A stretch of 64,000 nt of DNA, from positions 1-64,000 of IMG/VR virus record IMGVR_UViG_3300030116_007024; one strand, given 5' to 3'. A program made the position numbers and the translations under genes. The notes beneath the pieces were generated by a model. That model was not told where the DNA came from, did no database searches, and saw only the letters and a list, made by a program, of their open reading frames with translations. Positions 10,585-20,926 of this stretch are shown here, in pieces; the stretch's first letter is position 1, and every line of letters starts with the position of its first letter. This DNA comes from a virus.

Positions 10585-11908
10585 TTTTTTTAAAATTTAT
10601 ATAGATAAACAAGTAAGTGGTTCTACTTTAGATTTTTATAAAACAATACTGTTATCGTATAGTTATGCTAATCCCTTAGATAAAACTGTTCCTCAACCGG
10701 GTATGATTTTTAAAGATATTAATGATAAATTTTTAATATTTGATCTTCTTAATACTTCTGGACCTACAGATGTTACTCGAGATAAAAAAATTACCGAAAA
10801 TCCTTTTAAATTTTTTTATATTGATTTTTCTAGACTCATGACTTTTTTTCATTTTAAATCAGATGATACAATGGATCCCTTTTTAAAATGTATAAGATTT
10901 GAGGTAACAGATGAGGTAAAAACTATATTAAACAATAACACAGGAAAAATTTTATTAGATACCTCAACAGAGTGTATAAGAATGAAATATTTTAATTGGA
11001 AGTATTTTTTTAATCTTACTAAATTAAAACCTGAAAATTTTATTCTTATATCAGGTAATGCATCTAATCAAGTTAAAGCCAACACATTTGTTCCTGCAAT
11101 ATACAGAAATACTTGGGAACGGCGTACATTACATAATCATAGTTTGTATGATTTTGAAGTTGAAGTAAAAGTTGAACATATAATACATAGAAAACTTCCT
11201 AGATGGCATGCATTATGTTTAAATAGGGTAACTAAAATTCATAGAATTTATATATCTAAATTTATTAGTAAACATGAAAATTTAAAAAATAAAATAAATT
11301 ATAGTTTTGGTTTAATTAAACCAGGAGAACATGAACATATAAAAACCAAACCGCAAATTGATTCAAAAAAATGGGACGCATGGATCAAAAATATAAATTA
11401 TGAATGGTCTAATGTATTTTCTGAACCGTTCAACGAAATAGAAAAATGGATGGGGTGGCATCAAGAAAAATACCCAGAAGGTGATACCTTAGCTGATCAT
11501 TCAATTAATATGAACACTCAAATGTGTGCAGAAAATTATTATGATTCTGTTTTTAATATTGTTACTGAATCATTTATATCAGCTGACGACATTTTTTTAA
11601 CAGAGAAAATATTTAAACCTATAATATGGCACCAACCTTTTATAATTATAGGAAATCCAGGGTCTATTGAATTTTTAAGAACAGACGGATTTGATGTATT
11701 TGATGATATAATTGATCATTCATATGATAATATAATAGAAATACCAGAAAGATTTGAATATATTAAAAAAGAGATAATCCGTTTATGTGATATACCAATA
11801 AGTGACTGGGTTGAGATTCTTTATCGTATACTACCTAGACTTAGAAAAAATTACAGTTTGTTTAGAAGTGCTTCATCGAGACATAACATAAGAAATGAAA
11901 TGTTATGA
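10565..11908 (+). CDS. GT10-like glycosyltransferase, close paralog of 5664..7301
   Basis: KILLDTSTE, CLNRVTKIHR, INYSFGL, FLTEKIFKPI..HQPFIIIG, GFDVFDDIIDHSYD. Confidence 0.6.
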   Translation: MIVTYPNFFKIYIDKQVSGSTLDFYKTILLSYSYANPLDKTVPQPGMIFKDINDKFLIFDLLNTSGPTDVTRDKKITENPFKFFYIDFSRLMTFFHFKSDDTMDPFLKCIRFEVTDEVKTILNNNTGKILLDTSTECIRMKYFNWKYFFNLTKLKPENFILISGNASNQVKANTFVPAIYRNTWERRTLHNHSLYDFEVEVKVEHIIHRKLPRWHALCLNRVTKIHRIYISKFISKHENLKNKINYSFGLIKPGEHEHIKTKPQIDSKKWDAWIKNINYEWSNVFSEPFNEIEKWMGWHQEKYPEGDTLADHSINMNTQMCAENYYDSVFNIVTESFISADDIFLTEKIFKPIIWHQPFIIIGNPGSIEFLRTDGFDVFDDIIDHSYDNIIEIPERFEYIKKEIIRLCDIPISDWVEILYRILPRLRKNYSLFRSASSRHNIRNEML

Positions 11909-11940
11909 ACCATAAATTTAATTTTATGAACCATAAATTT
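11903..11940 (+). repeat. 17-bp direct repeat (TTATGAACCATAAATTT x2, 21-bp period) duplicating a start codon
   Basis: Read directly; it gives MNHKFNF-MNHKF. Confidence 0.85.
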
Positions 11941-12699
11941 TTGTATGTTGGTCCAAGTTGGGCTAGATTGAGCTATGACACTAAGTATGGAGATGAAAAG
12001 ACTTCAACTAATTTATTAAAATTATGGAAATTAACTAATAACGCTGTTGATTTATCAAAGAAAGGCGCTGGTCCAAAAGGTGTATTAAAATTATTACAAG
12101 TATATAACAAATGGCGAGGTAACGTCAACTGGAACAATAACAAAGAACAAAAGTTAAATTTACCTATTATATATGTAGCTTGTGAACCATTAAAAGATAT
12201 GGAGAAAGTAGAGAAAGTAGATAAAAAAAATAAACACAGAAAAAACTATAAGGTTGATCATAATTATGATTATATAGCACACGAAAAAGATATAATGAAA
12301 TTTAGAAAACAATTATTAAAATCAGTATATAAAAAATTAAATTTGCTTGGTGTTAGAATAGGAATAATAGGTGGTCATACTGATTGTGAAAATGAAGAAA
12401 ATATTTATGAAAATATAACAGTACTGGATAGAAGTTGGCAAAATTTTTTGGCTCGAGAAGCAGGTATATCTGAACGTAAATATAATTGGGGTGCAGAAGT
12501 ATTTCATAGGCATATACGTCATAGTAGTAATAATCCTATTGATCGTCAAACAGTAATTGATGTAGATAATCAATTTAAATTTTGGCGTGAATTAGAAGAT
12601 GCTAAATTAATGTGTTGGTGCCATCCAACAACATTAGCTAATAAACTTTATGCAGAATATACATATAATAAGGTAATAGATTTTATAAAAGAATATTAA
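11905..12699 (+). CDS. SGNH/GDSL-like hydrolase or acyltransferase (divergent)
   Basis: VGPSW block I-like motif, DLSKKGAG, C-terminal WCHPT...ANKLYA. Confidence 0.55.
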   Translation: MNHKFNFMNHKFLYVGPSWARLSYDTKYGDEKTSTNLLKLWKLTNNAVDLSKKGAGPKGVLKLLQVYNKWRGNVNWNNNKEQKLNLPIIYVACEPLKDMEKVEKVDKKNKHRKNYKVDHNYDYIAHEKDIMKFRKQLLKSVYKKLNLLGVRIGIIGGHTDCENEENIYENITVLDRSWQNFLAREAGISERKYNWGAEVFHRHIRHSSNNPIDRQTVIDVDNQFKFWRELEDAKLMCWCHPTTLANKLYAEYTYNKVIDFIKEY

Positions 12700-12701
12700 A
12701 T

Positions 12702-13250
12702 ATGGCCGAACACCAAGGATTAGTAATAGTGGATGCGTGGGATTATGATGCGTATATTAAAAAGCGTAACGAAATACCGTATTCCCAAGAATGTGCTAAA
12801 GATGGTAGCGAATTTTCTATTTTTTTAAATAGAGTTTGTGAAAAAGAAAGAGCAAATGGCACGACAATAATTTTTGATATTGGATTTAATAAACTAATAG
12901 ATAAAATTACTGTTGACGAAAAAACAGATTTAATATTACCATACATGTATGAAAATAATTATATGAATATAATAAAAGAACGTAAAATAAACGAACTATA
13001 TTTTTGTGGATTTCATTTTGGATTATGTATACATGATAAAATTGCTAACGTAAGTGAATCGACTGATTATAACGGTAAATTAGGCATTATTATAAATTTA
13101 AGTATGTTATTACCAGTAGATACATTTAAAAACAAGTTTGAGCGTTTTCATAAACCTAATAAACCTAGATATAAACCAAATCATGCATGGGATTATTATT
13201 TATGGACACCAAAATGTGAATTTGAAAAAATAGATATAAGTTTTCCATGA
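12702..13250 (+). CDS. Isochorismatase/cysteine-hydrolase-fold protein
   Basis: LVIVDAW and INELYFCGFHFGLCI; paralogous to 7285..7782. Confidence 0.6.
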   Translation: MAEHQGLVIVDAWDYDAYIKKRNEIPYSQECAKDGSEFSIFLNRVCEKERANGTTIIFDIGFNKLIDKITVDEKTDLILPYMYENNYMNIIKERKINELYFCGFHFGLCIHDKIANVSESTDYNGKLGIIINLSMLLPVDTFKNKFERFHKPNKPRYKPNHAWDYYLWTPKCEFEKIDISFP

Positions 13251-14299
13251 CAATATTAAATAAATGGGTTTGTACTAAACCTTGGAATTTTTTAGATGTA
13301 AATCATTATGGTTCTTATATGTGTTGTCCGAGTTGGTTACCTGAAGATATAACTAATCATAATACGCCAGAAGAAGTATCTATTACAAAAGGATGGTTTA
13401 GCGAAAAGGCAGACAGAATTAGAAAAAGTATGTTAGATGGAAGTTTTAGGTACTGCAATCATAAAATTTGTCCTGAATTAAGTGAAGTATTAGCAGGTAG
13501 AGAAACTGAAACTGAATTTTTTAAACTTAAAAAAAATTTTAAACCACCAAAAAAACCAACTGTAGAATTTATATGTTTTGGTCAAGATAGAAGTTGTAAT
13601 ATAAAATGTCCAAGTTGTCGATCAAATGTAATACCTAATGATCGTTTAAATAGTCTGGAACATATAAAAAAACAACAAATACAAGACGAAATTGAAAATA
13701 ATTTTAGTAATAGTATTAAGCGTATCTTATTAACAGGATCAGGTGATCCTATATACAGTAAAATTTATAGAGACTTTTTAATAAACTTCGATAAGACAAA
13801 GTATCCGCAATTAGAAGAAATTCAGATAGTAACAAATGGTATTTTGTTAAATAAAAAAATGTGGAATAGTTTTAATTGTAAAGAGTTCATTAAAATTTTA
13901 GAAATTAGTTTTGATGCTGGTACTAAAAATACATACGAAAATGTTACTCGTTTAGGAGGTAATTGGGATAAGCTCATATCTAATGTAAAGTTTTTAGCAA
14001 TGTTGGCAGATATGAAAAGACATTTTATTTTTAGTTTTGTTGTAAGTGAATATAATTTCAAAGAAATGGTAGCATTAGTAAATCTTATTGATGATATAAC
14101 TAATGGTATGATAGGATCTAAAACTATTCGTTTTTCACAACATGTATATTGGAATACAGGCGCATTAAGTCAAGATGAAGTTAAAAAAATAAGTATTTTT
14201 GATCCTAAACATTTACATCATGACAAATTTTTAAAAGAATTAAAAACTATTAATAAACACCCAAATGTATCGCATAACTTTCATCATTTAATACAATGA
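13247..14299 (+). CDS. Radical SAM protein with N-terminal Twitch-like domain
   Basis: CNIKCPSC, TGSGDP, ISFDAGT; N-terminal CTKPW...MCCPSW...YCNHKICP. Confidence 0.92.
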   Translation: MTILNKWVCTKPWNFLDVNHYGSYMCCPSWLPEDITNHNTPEEVSITKGWFSEKADRIRKSMLDGSFRYCNHKICPELSEVLAGRETETEFFKLKKNFKPPKKPTVEFICFGQDRSCNIKCPSCRSNVIPNDRLNSLEHIKKQQIQDEIENNFSNSIKRILLTGSGDPIYSKIYRDFLINFDKTKYPQLEEIQIVTNGILLNKKMWNSFNCKEFIKILEISFDAGTKNTYENVTRLGGNWDKLISNVKFLAMLADMKRHFIFSFVVSEYNFKEMVALVNLIDDITNGMIGSKTIRFSQHVYWNTGALSQDEVKKISIFDPKHLHHDKFLKELKTINKHPNVSHNFHHLIQ

Positions 14300-15018
14300 A
14301 AAATATATTTTTATATGCTAATGGATGTAGTTTTACCTGGGGCGGTGAATTATATAAATCATTATTTGACAAAAATGATAATTTATTGGATTGTTATAAT
14401 CCATCACCAATTAACAAAGAACGATTACAAGTTACTTGGCCAGGCATTTTATCAAAAAAATTAGGAGGAAGTTTTATAAATGATGCAATGGGATGTGGTA
14501 GTAATGAACGTATACTTAGAACAACAACAAACTTTTTTTTAAAGAATAAACCAGATAATCCTCTTGCAATTATTCAATTTACGAGTCCTATTCGAGGGGA
14601 ATATTATGATGAAGATTTAGAAAAATGGTATCCGTGGAAGGATAAATATCTCGTACTACCGAATAAACTTAAAAATAAACATGATAAATTATATAAGTGT
14701 CTAGAAGAATATATGGTTCTTATTAAATATTCAAAACAATATTATGTTTTCTATCAACAAATGTTAGCTCTACATAATTTTTTTGAATCTAATAATATAC
14801 CTTATATTTTTATGACCATAGGTATTTTTGGTAACATAATAACTGGGGTTAAAAAAATATGTGAAAAGGAAAAATTACCCATGGATATTTTTAATTTTAT
14901 TAAAAAACCAAACGGAAATATTAGATTGGACAATGAGTATGTCTTTGCCTCACACCATCCTAATAGAAAAGGACATACTAAAATTGCAGATATTTTATAT
15001 AATGAAATACAACTTTAA
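14296..15018 (+). CDS. SGNH/GDSL hydrolase family protein
   Basis: ANGCSFTWG, AMGCGSNERI, HHPNRKGH. Confidence 0.82.
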   Translation: MKNIFLYANGCSFTWGGELYKSLFDKNDNLLDCYNPSPINKERLQVTWPGILSKKLGGSFINDAMGCGSNERILRTTTNFFLKNKPDNPLAIIQFTSPIRGEYYDEDLEKWYPWKDKYLVLPNKLKNKHDKLYKCLEEYMVLIKYSKQYYVFYQQMLALHNFFESNNIPYIFMTIGIFGNIITGVKKICEKEKLPMDIFNFIKKPNGNIRLDNEYVFASHHPNRKGHTKIADILYNEIQL

Positions 15019-15029
15019 AAGGATAATTT

Positions 15030-16235
15030 ATGAAAATAGGATTTATTGGTTTAGGAAAACTAGGATTAGAATGTGCAGAAGCAATAGTAGATAAAGGTAT
15101 ACCTGTTACTGGATATGATATTAAAGAAAGGACAAGTAATAAAGTATCTATTGTGTCTGACATAAAAGATGCAGTAACGGGAATGGACTTTATTTTTATT
15201 GCAGTAGAAACACCGCACAATGCAAAATATGACGGTAGCATTCCTTCATCTCATTTATCAAATAAAGATTTTGATTATTCGCATGTTAAAGATGTTCTTG
15301 GACGAATTAATAATATAGTAACAAAAGATCAAGCTATTGTATTAATTAGTACTGTATTACCTGGAACATGTAGAGAACAATTTATACCTATGCTAGGATT
15401 AGGAACAAATTTTATATATAATCCATATTTAATTGCAATGGGAACTACTACATGGGATATGTTAAATCCGGAAATGATTATTATTGGTAATGCCACAGGT
15501 AAACAAGACGATGTTACAGCCAAATTAGTAGATTTTTATAATATGATATTAGAAAAAAATAATACTAGATTTGAAATAGGAACATGGGACGAAGGTGAAT
15601 GTATTAAAATCTTTTATAATACATTTATATCTGCCAAGCTAAGTCTTGTAAATATGATCCAAGATGTTGCTGAATGCAATGGTAATATAAATTGCGATGT
15701 TGTTGCAAATGCTATTACTAATAGTACTCAACGTATTATTAGTCCTATGTATATGAAACCAGGTATGGGCGATGGAGGCCCATGTCATCCTAGAGATAAT
15801 ATTGCATTAAGATATCTAGCAGAAAAGTTAGATCTAGGATATGATTTATTTGATGCCATAATGACCGCTAGGGAGGTACAAGCAAAAAAATTGGCAGAAA
15901 AATTAATTAGTTATGATTTGCCTGTTGTTATTTTAGGCAAATCATTTAAACCAAATACAGAATTTACAGATGGCAGTTATGGAATGTTAGTAGGACATTA
16001 TGTAAAAGAGCTTGCTCCTCATTTAGATTTATATTATGACAAAAATCCAAACGATACGTTCGAACCTATTACTGAAGAAATACATGATGTACCTTGTACA
16101 TATCTATTAGGCCATCGAGGTAAATATTATGATTTTAATTTTAATCGTAATAGTATTATAGTAGATCCTTGGAGAGAGTTTGAAACAGACAATACAAACA
16201 TCAAAGAAATAGTTCATTATGGAAACACTAGATAA
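15030..16235 (+). CDS. ugd: UDP-glucose/GDP-mannose 6-dehydrogenase family protein
   Basis: GFIGLGKLG Rossmann motif, ISTVLPGT, KIFYNTFISAK, GDGGPCHPRD catalytic Cys, GKSFKPNT. AAGGA RBS. Confidence 0.93.
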   Translation: MKIGFIGLGKLGLECAEAIVDKGIPVTGYDIKERTSNKVSIVSDIKDAVTGMDFIFIAVETPHNAKYDGSIPSSHLSNKDFDYSHVKDVLGRINNIVTKDQAIVLISTVLPGTCREQFIPMLGLGTNFIYNPYLIAMGTTTWDMLNPEMIIIGNATGKQDDVTAKLVDFYNMILEKNNTRFEIGTWDEGECIKIFYNTFISAKLSLVNMIQDVAECNGNINCDVVANAITNSTQRIISPMYMKPGMGDGGPCHPRDNIALRYLAEKLDLGYDLFDAIMTAREVQAKKLAEKLISYDLPVVILGKSFKPNTEFTDGSYGMLVGHYVKELAPHLDLYYDKNPNDTFEPITEEIHDVPCTYLLGHRGKYYDFNFNRNSIIVDPWREFETDNTNIKEIVHYGNTR

Positions 16236-16237
16236 TA

Positions 16238-16852
16238 ATGGCGAGAATTACACTAAGTTACATATGTGCGGTAGAATGGACATATCCAACAGTAAATGAA
16301 TTAAGAGACAAGTATGACATTGGTATTCACATAGATTTAATGGATGGGCATTTTGTACCAAGACTTGGAGTACAACCAGAATTAATTGATCTTTTAAAAA
16401 ACGAATGCAATGTTCCTGTTGATGTACATTGTATGCTCACTGCTAATAACCACGCCTGGAAAGATGTGTTAAATAGCAAAGCAGACGTAATTTATGCACA
16501 CTACGAAGCATTTCATAGTAAAGAACACACACTAAAATTTTTAAAACAAGATAGCAGATTACAATTAGCATTTAAACCGCAATGGACTATCCAACAAATA
16601 AATGAAATTTGCGAGGAAATGGGCGTCAATGATTATTTGCTAATGGCATACAATCCAGGTATAACAAAACAGAATTCGTTTTACGATTTAAAAAAGATAA
16701 TGAATACACAACGTTATGTAACAGTAGACGGCGGTATTGATTTTGATACAGTCGAGCAGTTTCTGGGCCACAATAAAGTTAGCCTAGTAGCAGGTAGTAA
16801 ATTATTATTCAATTCAAAATATAAACAAAACATAGAAAGATTATTATGTTAA
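16238..16852 (+). CDS. rpe: Ribulose-phosphate 3-epimerase family protein
   Basis: IHIDLMDGHFVP, DVHCM, LMAYNPG, VDGGI, VAGS. Confidence 0.88.
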   Translation: MARITLSYICAVEWTYPTVNELRDKYDIGIHIDLMDGHFVPRLGVQPELIDLLKNECNVPVDVHCMLTANNHAWKDVLNSKADVIYAHYEAFHSKEHTLKFLKQDSRLQLAFKPQWTIQQINEICEEMGVNDYLLMAYNPGITKQNSFYDLKKIMNTQRYVTVDGGIDFDTVEQFLGHNKVSLVAGSKLLFNSKYKQNIERLLC

Positions 16853-17211
16853 ATGGAACAGATTTAATTAGTGTAGCAAAACAATATTTTGATGCATGGA
16901 ATAACCAAAATATAAATCATTTGTCATTTCTATTTGATAAAGATGTTGTATTACAAGATTGGGATATAACTGCAACAGGCAAAGAAGATGTAGTAAAAGC
17001 CAATCAAAATATTTTCAATAGTGTTAACAACATTTCAGCAGAAGTACAAGACATAGGCTATAACGATAATAAAGTTTATGCAGAATTACTTATAAAAGTA
17101 TTATCATTAGATGCAGTTGATCCATCAGATGAAGATACAATAAAAGTATTAGACGTTATAACAATTAACGACAATTTAAATATAACTAAAATCAGTGCAT
17201 ATAAACAATGA
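16846..17211 (+). CDS. NTF2/SnoaL-like protein
   Basis: YFDAWN...LFDKDVVLQDW...GKEDV...VLDVITINDNLNITKISAY pattern; 121 aa. Confidence 0.78.
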   Translation: MLNGTDLISVAKQYFDAWNNQNINHLSFLFDKDVVLQDWDITATGKEDVVKANQNIFNSVNNISAEVQDIGYNDNKVYAELLIKVLSLDAVDPSDEDTIKVLDVITINDNLNITKISAYKQ

Positions 17212-18629
17212 ATTTATTGATTCCTTGTTCAGGTCCAGGTACACGTTCAAACAGTTACGCAAAATTTCATAAAGCATTAATACGAATAGGTAATAAAGCA
17301 GTATTATCGCACATTATAGATTCGTATGATGATATAGATACAGTTTATATTTTATTAGGTTCGCAAGCAGAGTATATAAAGCAATACATTGAACATTGCA
17401 ATTATACTAATGTTGAATTTATAGAAATTGAAAACTGGAATGATTCGCAATTTACAAGTCTTAAACAAATACCTAAGCATGTATTTGAACAACCATTCTA
17501 TTACAATGCATGTGATAACTGGACTCCAAACGTACCTATTGTAACTAAGAATACTATTTTTAATTATAATTCAGAGAATAAAGATTTATACGATAGTGTA
17601 GATGAAAAAAGTTTTTATGCAGGTATAAGTTACGTTAAAGATGCTAAATTATTTTACAACATTTTACATCATTCAAAAGAAACACGTAATGATTTAAACA
17701 TATATCATGAGTTTGATAGTTTAGAAGTAGCCATGTTAAACGAATGGTATGATGTTGGTAATATGGAAGCCTATATGGCATCAACTGCATTCTTTACAAG
17801 CAATTATAATATATTAGATAAAACTAATCAAGAAATTTATTACGTTAATAATAGAGTTATAAAACTGTTTAAAAATACTATAGAAGACTTGCAACAAGCA
17901 TTAAAATATAACCATTGTTTTCCGCATCCAAGCCCTATATACGAAACTCCTAATGGCATTAGTTATGATTTTGTAGAAGGTAATGTTAACTTAGATGCAG
18001 ACTATAATTATTTGTTAGAAAATTTATGTAAGTTATGGGACTTTACTTTAGCAAATAACAAACCTATTGTTAATAAAGCAATATGGCAAGATAAAACATG
18101 GGAACGTTTTGAAATGTTTTGCGACAAATATCCAGAGTCTGCTGAACCGGTAATTGTAAATGGAAACCAATTAGATCCATTTAGAATATTAGAAAAAATA
18201 GATTGGAGTATTTTAAACAATGGCATTGAAGGTGCATGTCATGGCGATTTAGTATTAGATAATATTATTGTTAATCATGAAAAAATAAATTATATAGATC
18301 ATCGCGAAGGTAATGTTGGTGATGTTTTTTATGATATATGTAAGTTTTATCACAGTTTACATCTGCATAATGTAAACTTACAACGAGCTAATTATTTTAA
18401 TATTATAAATGGCGATGTATATATGCCTACTGTACATCTACCTTTAACTGAAGTAGATTTAGAACGTATAAATAGATTTAAACAAACAACCTTATATCAA
18501 ACACACAAAGCAAAAATAGAATTAGGAGTCGCTTGTATATGGTTAAGTATGGCTCCATTAAATGTTAATAATGACTTAAATAAATTTTTATTTTTGTTTG
18601 CACTAGATCATTTAAACAGACATGTCTAA
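17208..18629 (+). CDS. Fused sugar nucleotidyltransferase + APH/choline-kinase-like phosphotransferase
   Basis: N-terminal IPCSGPGTR...HKALIRIGNK, ACDN, WYDVGN; C-terminal HGDLVLDNII..YIDHR...GDVFYDICK. Confidence 0.85.
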   Translation: MNLLIPCSGPGTRSNSYAKFHKALIRIGNKAVLSHIIDSYDDIDTVYILLGSQAEYIKQYIEHCNYTNVEFIEIENWNDSQFTSLKQIPKHVFEQPFYYNACDNWTPNVPIVTKNTIFNYNSENKDLYDSVDEKSFYAGISYVKDAKLFYNILHHSKETRNDLNIYHEFDSLEVAMLNEWYDVGNMEAYMASTAFFTSNYNILDKTNQEIYYVNNRVIKLFKNTIEDLQQALKYNHCFPHPSPIYETPNGISYDFVEGNVNLDADYNYLLENLCKLWDFTLANNKPIVNKAIWQDKTWERFEMFCDKYPESAEPVIVNGNQLDPFRILEKIDWSILNNGIEGACHGDLVLDNIIVNHEKINYIDHREGNVGDVFYDICKFYHSLHLHNVNLQRANYFNIINGDVYMPTVHLPLTEVDLERINRFKQTTLYQTHKAKIELGVACIWLSMAPLNVNNDLNKFLFLFALDHLNRHV

Positions 18630-19101
18630 TTTTTGGAACGAAATACCTGACGTATATAACGAGCAACATGAAAAAACAATTATAGGGCAAATTGTAAATG
18701 CCCGCAATATTGTTTTTGTAGCAAAAGGTCGGGTTGGCTTAGTTACAAAAATGTTTATGCAACGTTTAATTCAATATGGTTACAACTGTTATTGGCATGA
18801 TGATTTACATGTACCCAAACTTAATAATCAAGACTTAATTATATTCGTTTCTGCTAGTGGACAAACGCTAAGTTCGTGGATATATACACAAGTAGCAAAA
18901 GATATTAATGCTAGAACAATGGCAATAACATTTAATGACACAGGGCGTATAACGAGAGATGTTAAAGTTCCTGTTATATACGATGAAAAGCGAAATAATA
19001 TGCCAATGAAGTCATATTATGAACTAGCATTTATGTATATTTTTGAAAAGTTATTAAGTACGTTTGATACAAGTAAATTTACACACACAAATTTCGAATG
19101 A
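18622..19101 (+). CDS. SIS-domain sugar-phosphate isomerase (3-hexulose-6-phosphate isomerase-like)
   Basis: VFVAKGRVGLVTKMFMQRL, DLIIFVSASGQT, AITFN. Confidence 0.8.
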   Translation: MSNFWNEIPDVYNEQHEKTIIGQIVNARNIVFVAKGRVGLVTKMFMQRLIQYGYNCYWHDDLHVPKLNNQDLIIFVSASGQTLSSWIYTQVAKDINARTMAITFNDTGRITRDVKVPVIYDEKRNNMPMKSYYELAFMYIFEKLLSTFDTSKFTHTNFE

Positions 19102-19436
19102 GCAAAATTATATATGTAGACATTGATGGCACTATTTGTACTGAACGGCCCAATCATCCAAAATCAGCAGTAGACTACAAAGCCGCGAAACCTTTTAAAG
19201 AAAGAATTGATATTATCAATAAATTGTATGATGAAGGAAATGAAATTCATTATTGGACTGCACGAGGTTGTAGTACAGGAATTGATTGGACTGATCTTAC
19301 TAAAGGACAATTAGAAGAATGGGGTGCTAAGTATCACAAATTACACGTAGGTACTAAGCCACATTTTGACATTTATATTTGTGATAAGTCATTTCAAGCG
19401 GATATGTGGTTTAAGAACCAAACAATAATGACATGA
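19098..19436 (+). CDS. Small HAD-superfamily phosphatase (capsule-biosynthesis type)
   Basis: YVDIDGTI, WTARG, KPHFDIYICDK. Confidence 0.88.
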   Translation: MSKIIYVDIDGTICTERPNHPKSAVDYKAAKPFKERIDIINKLYDEGNEIHYWTARGCSTGIDWTDLTKGQLEEWGAKYHKLHVGTKPHFDIYICDKSFQADMWFKNQTIMT

Positions 19437-20926
19437 TAGAATGGGGAATATCAGCACTATCGCATGATGCGGCATTAGCAGTAATTAAAGATAATGAATT
19501 AGTTTATGCTTCGCACTCAGAACGATATAGCAGAATAAAAAATGATAAATTATTACATGCAGATTTACTAACCGATGCATTGCGTTATGGTTCTCCTGAA
19601 GTTATTTATTATTATGAGCAACCTTTTAAAAAACTTACACGACAATTATACGCAAGACAATGGAGCTCTGTTAGCAAATATAATCACAGAGCATTAGCGG
19701 ATCATGTAAAACATGATTTAGGATTTACATTTGGACAAGAGTTACGTCAACATAATATGTCGCATCATATGTCTCATGCGGCAGGCGGATACTTTACATC
19801 TCCGTTTAAAGATGCTACAATAGTTGTTATAGACGCCATAGGCGAATGGGAAGTTCTGACCATTTGGAAAGCAGAAGGAAATAAACTTGAAAAGATAGCC
19901 TCACGGAACTATCCTCACTCATTAGGTTTATTTTATTCTGCAATGACACAACGGTGTGGGCTGAAGCCTAATGAGGAAGAATATATCCTTATGGGTATGT
20001 CGGCACTTGGAGAGCCACACCGTTTCTATGGAGAATTACTTGATGTATTTTTTAATACAAACTTTGCACCATTTCCAAAGTTTAAACACAATTTACACAG
20101 AGGTTGTACATGGTGGAGGTCCGAAGGATTAAAAGCAACAGATATATATGATGTAGCCGCCGCAACGCAATTAGTATATGAAGATATATTAGATGATATA
20201 ATGCAATGGGCTGTCATGCAAGGCTCTAGCAATAATTTAGTGTTTACAGGTGGTTGTGCATTAAATTGTGTAGCAAATAGTAAAATAGCAAAGTATTGGA
20301 ATAATATATGGATTATGCCTAGTCCTGGAGATTCTGGTTCTGCAATAGGTGCAATATTAGCAAATAAACAAGAACATATAAAATGGCCAGGACCATACTT
20401 AGGACATAATATAAAAGGCGACTATCCAATAGTTAAAGTAGTAGATGAATTATATAAAAATAAAATTGTAGGAGTGGCATCCGGTAAAGCAGAATTTGGA
20501 CCACGTGCATTAGGCAATAGATCTTTACTTGCAGATCCACGTGGAAAAGATATTAAAGACTTAGTAAACACATACAAAAAACGTGAGCCATTTAGGCCGT
20601 TCGCACCAATGATATTAAAGGAATGTGTTGACGAAGTATTTGATATGCCAGTAAGTAGTTCTCCGTATATGCAATTTACAGCCAAGTGCAAAAGACCGGA
20701 TGAATTTCCTGCTATTGTTCATTATGATGGAACAAGTAGAGTACAAACAGTCAGCGAAAAAGATAATAAAGAAGTACGTTCATTATTAGAAGCATGGTAT
20801 GTAAAAACAGGATGCCCGTTATTATTAAACACAAGTTTAAATGTGAAAGGCGAGCCATTAGTAAATACTGTTGAAGATGCTCGCCGATTTGAGTCACTTA
20901 ACAAGTTAAAGGTTATTACACCATGA
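19433..20926 (+). CDS. O-carbamoyltransferase (NodU/CmcH/TobZ family)
   Basis: SHDAA, ERYSRIKND, HHMSHAA, VIDAIGE, GGCALNC, EFGPRALGNRSLLA, KREPFRPFAP, LNTSLNVKGEP. Confidence 0.96.
   Translation: MIEWGISALSHDAALAVIKDNELVYASHSERYSRIKNDKLLHADLLTDALRYGSPEVIYYYEQPFKKLTRQLYARQWSSVSKYNHRALADHVKHDLGFTFGQELRQHNMSHHMSHAAGGYFTSPFKDATIVVIDAIGEWEVLTIWKAEGNKLEKIASRNYPHSLGLFYSAMTQRCGLKPNEEEYILMGMSALGEPHRFYGELLDVFFNTNFAPFPKFKHNLHRGCTWWRSEGLKATDIYDVAAATQLVYEDILDDIMQWAVMQGSSNNLVFTGGCALNCVANSKIAKYWNNIWIMPSPGDSGSAIGAILANKQEHIKWPGPYLGHNIKGDYPIVKVVDELYKNKIVGVASGKAEFGPRALGNRSLLADPRGKDIKDLVNTYKKREPFRPFAPMILKECVDEVFDMPVSSSPYMQFTAKCKRPDEFPAIVHYDGTSRVQTVSEKDNKEVRSLLEAWYVKTGCPLLLNTSLNVKGEPLVNTVEDARRFESLNKLKVITP

Noticed and set aside
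12202-12220. Short GAGAAAGTA tandem repeat
   Set aside because: A low-complexity EKV-EKV coding duplication with no evident function.
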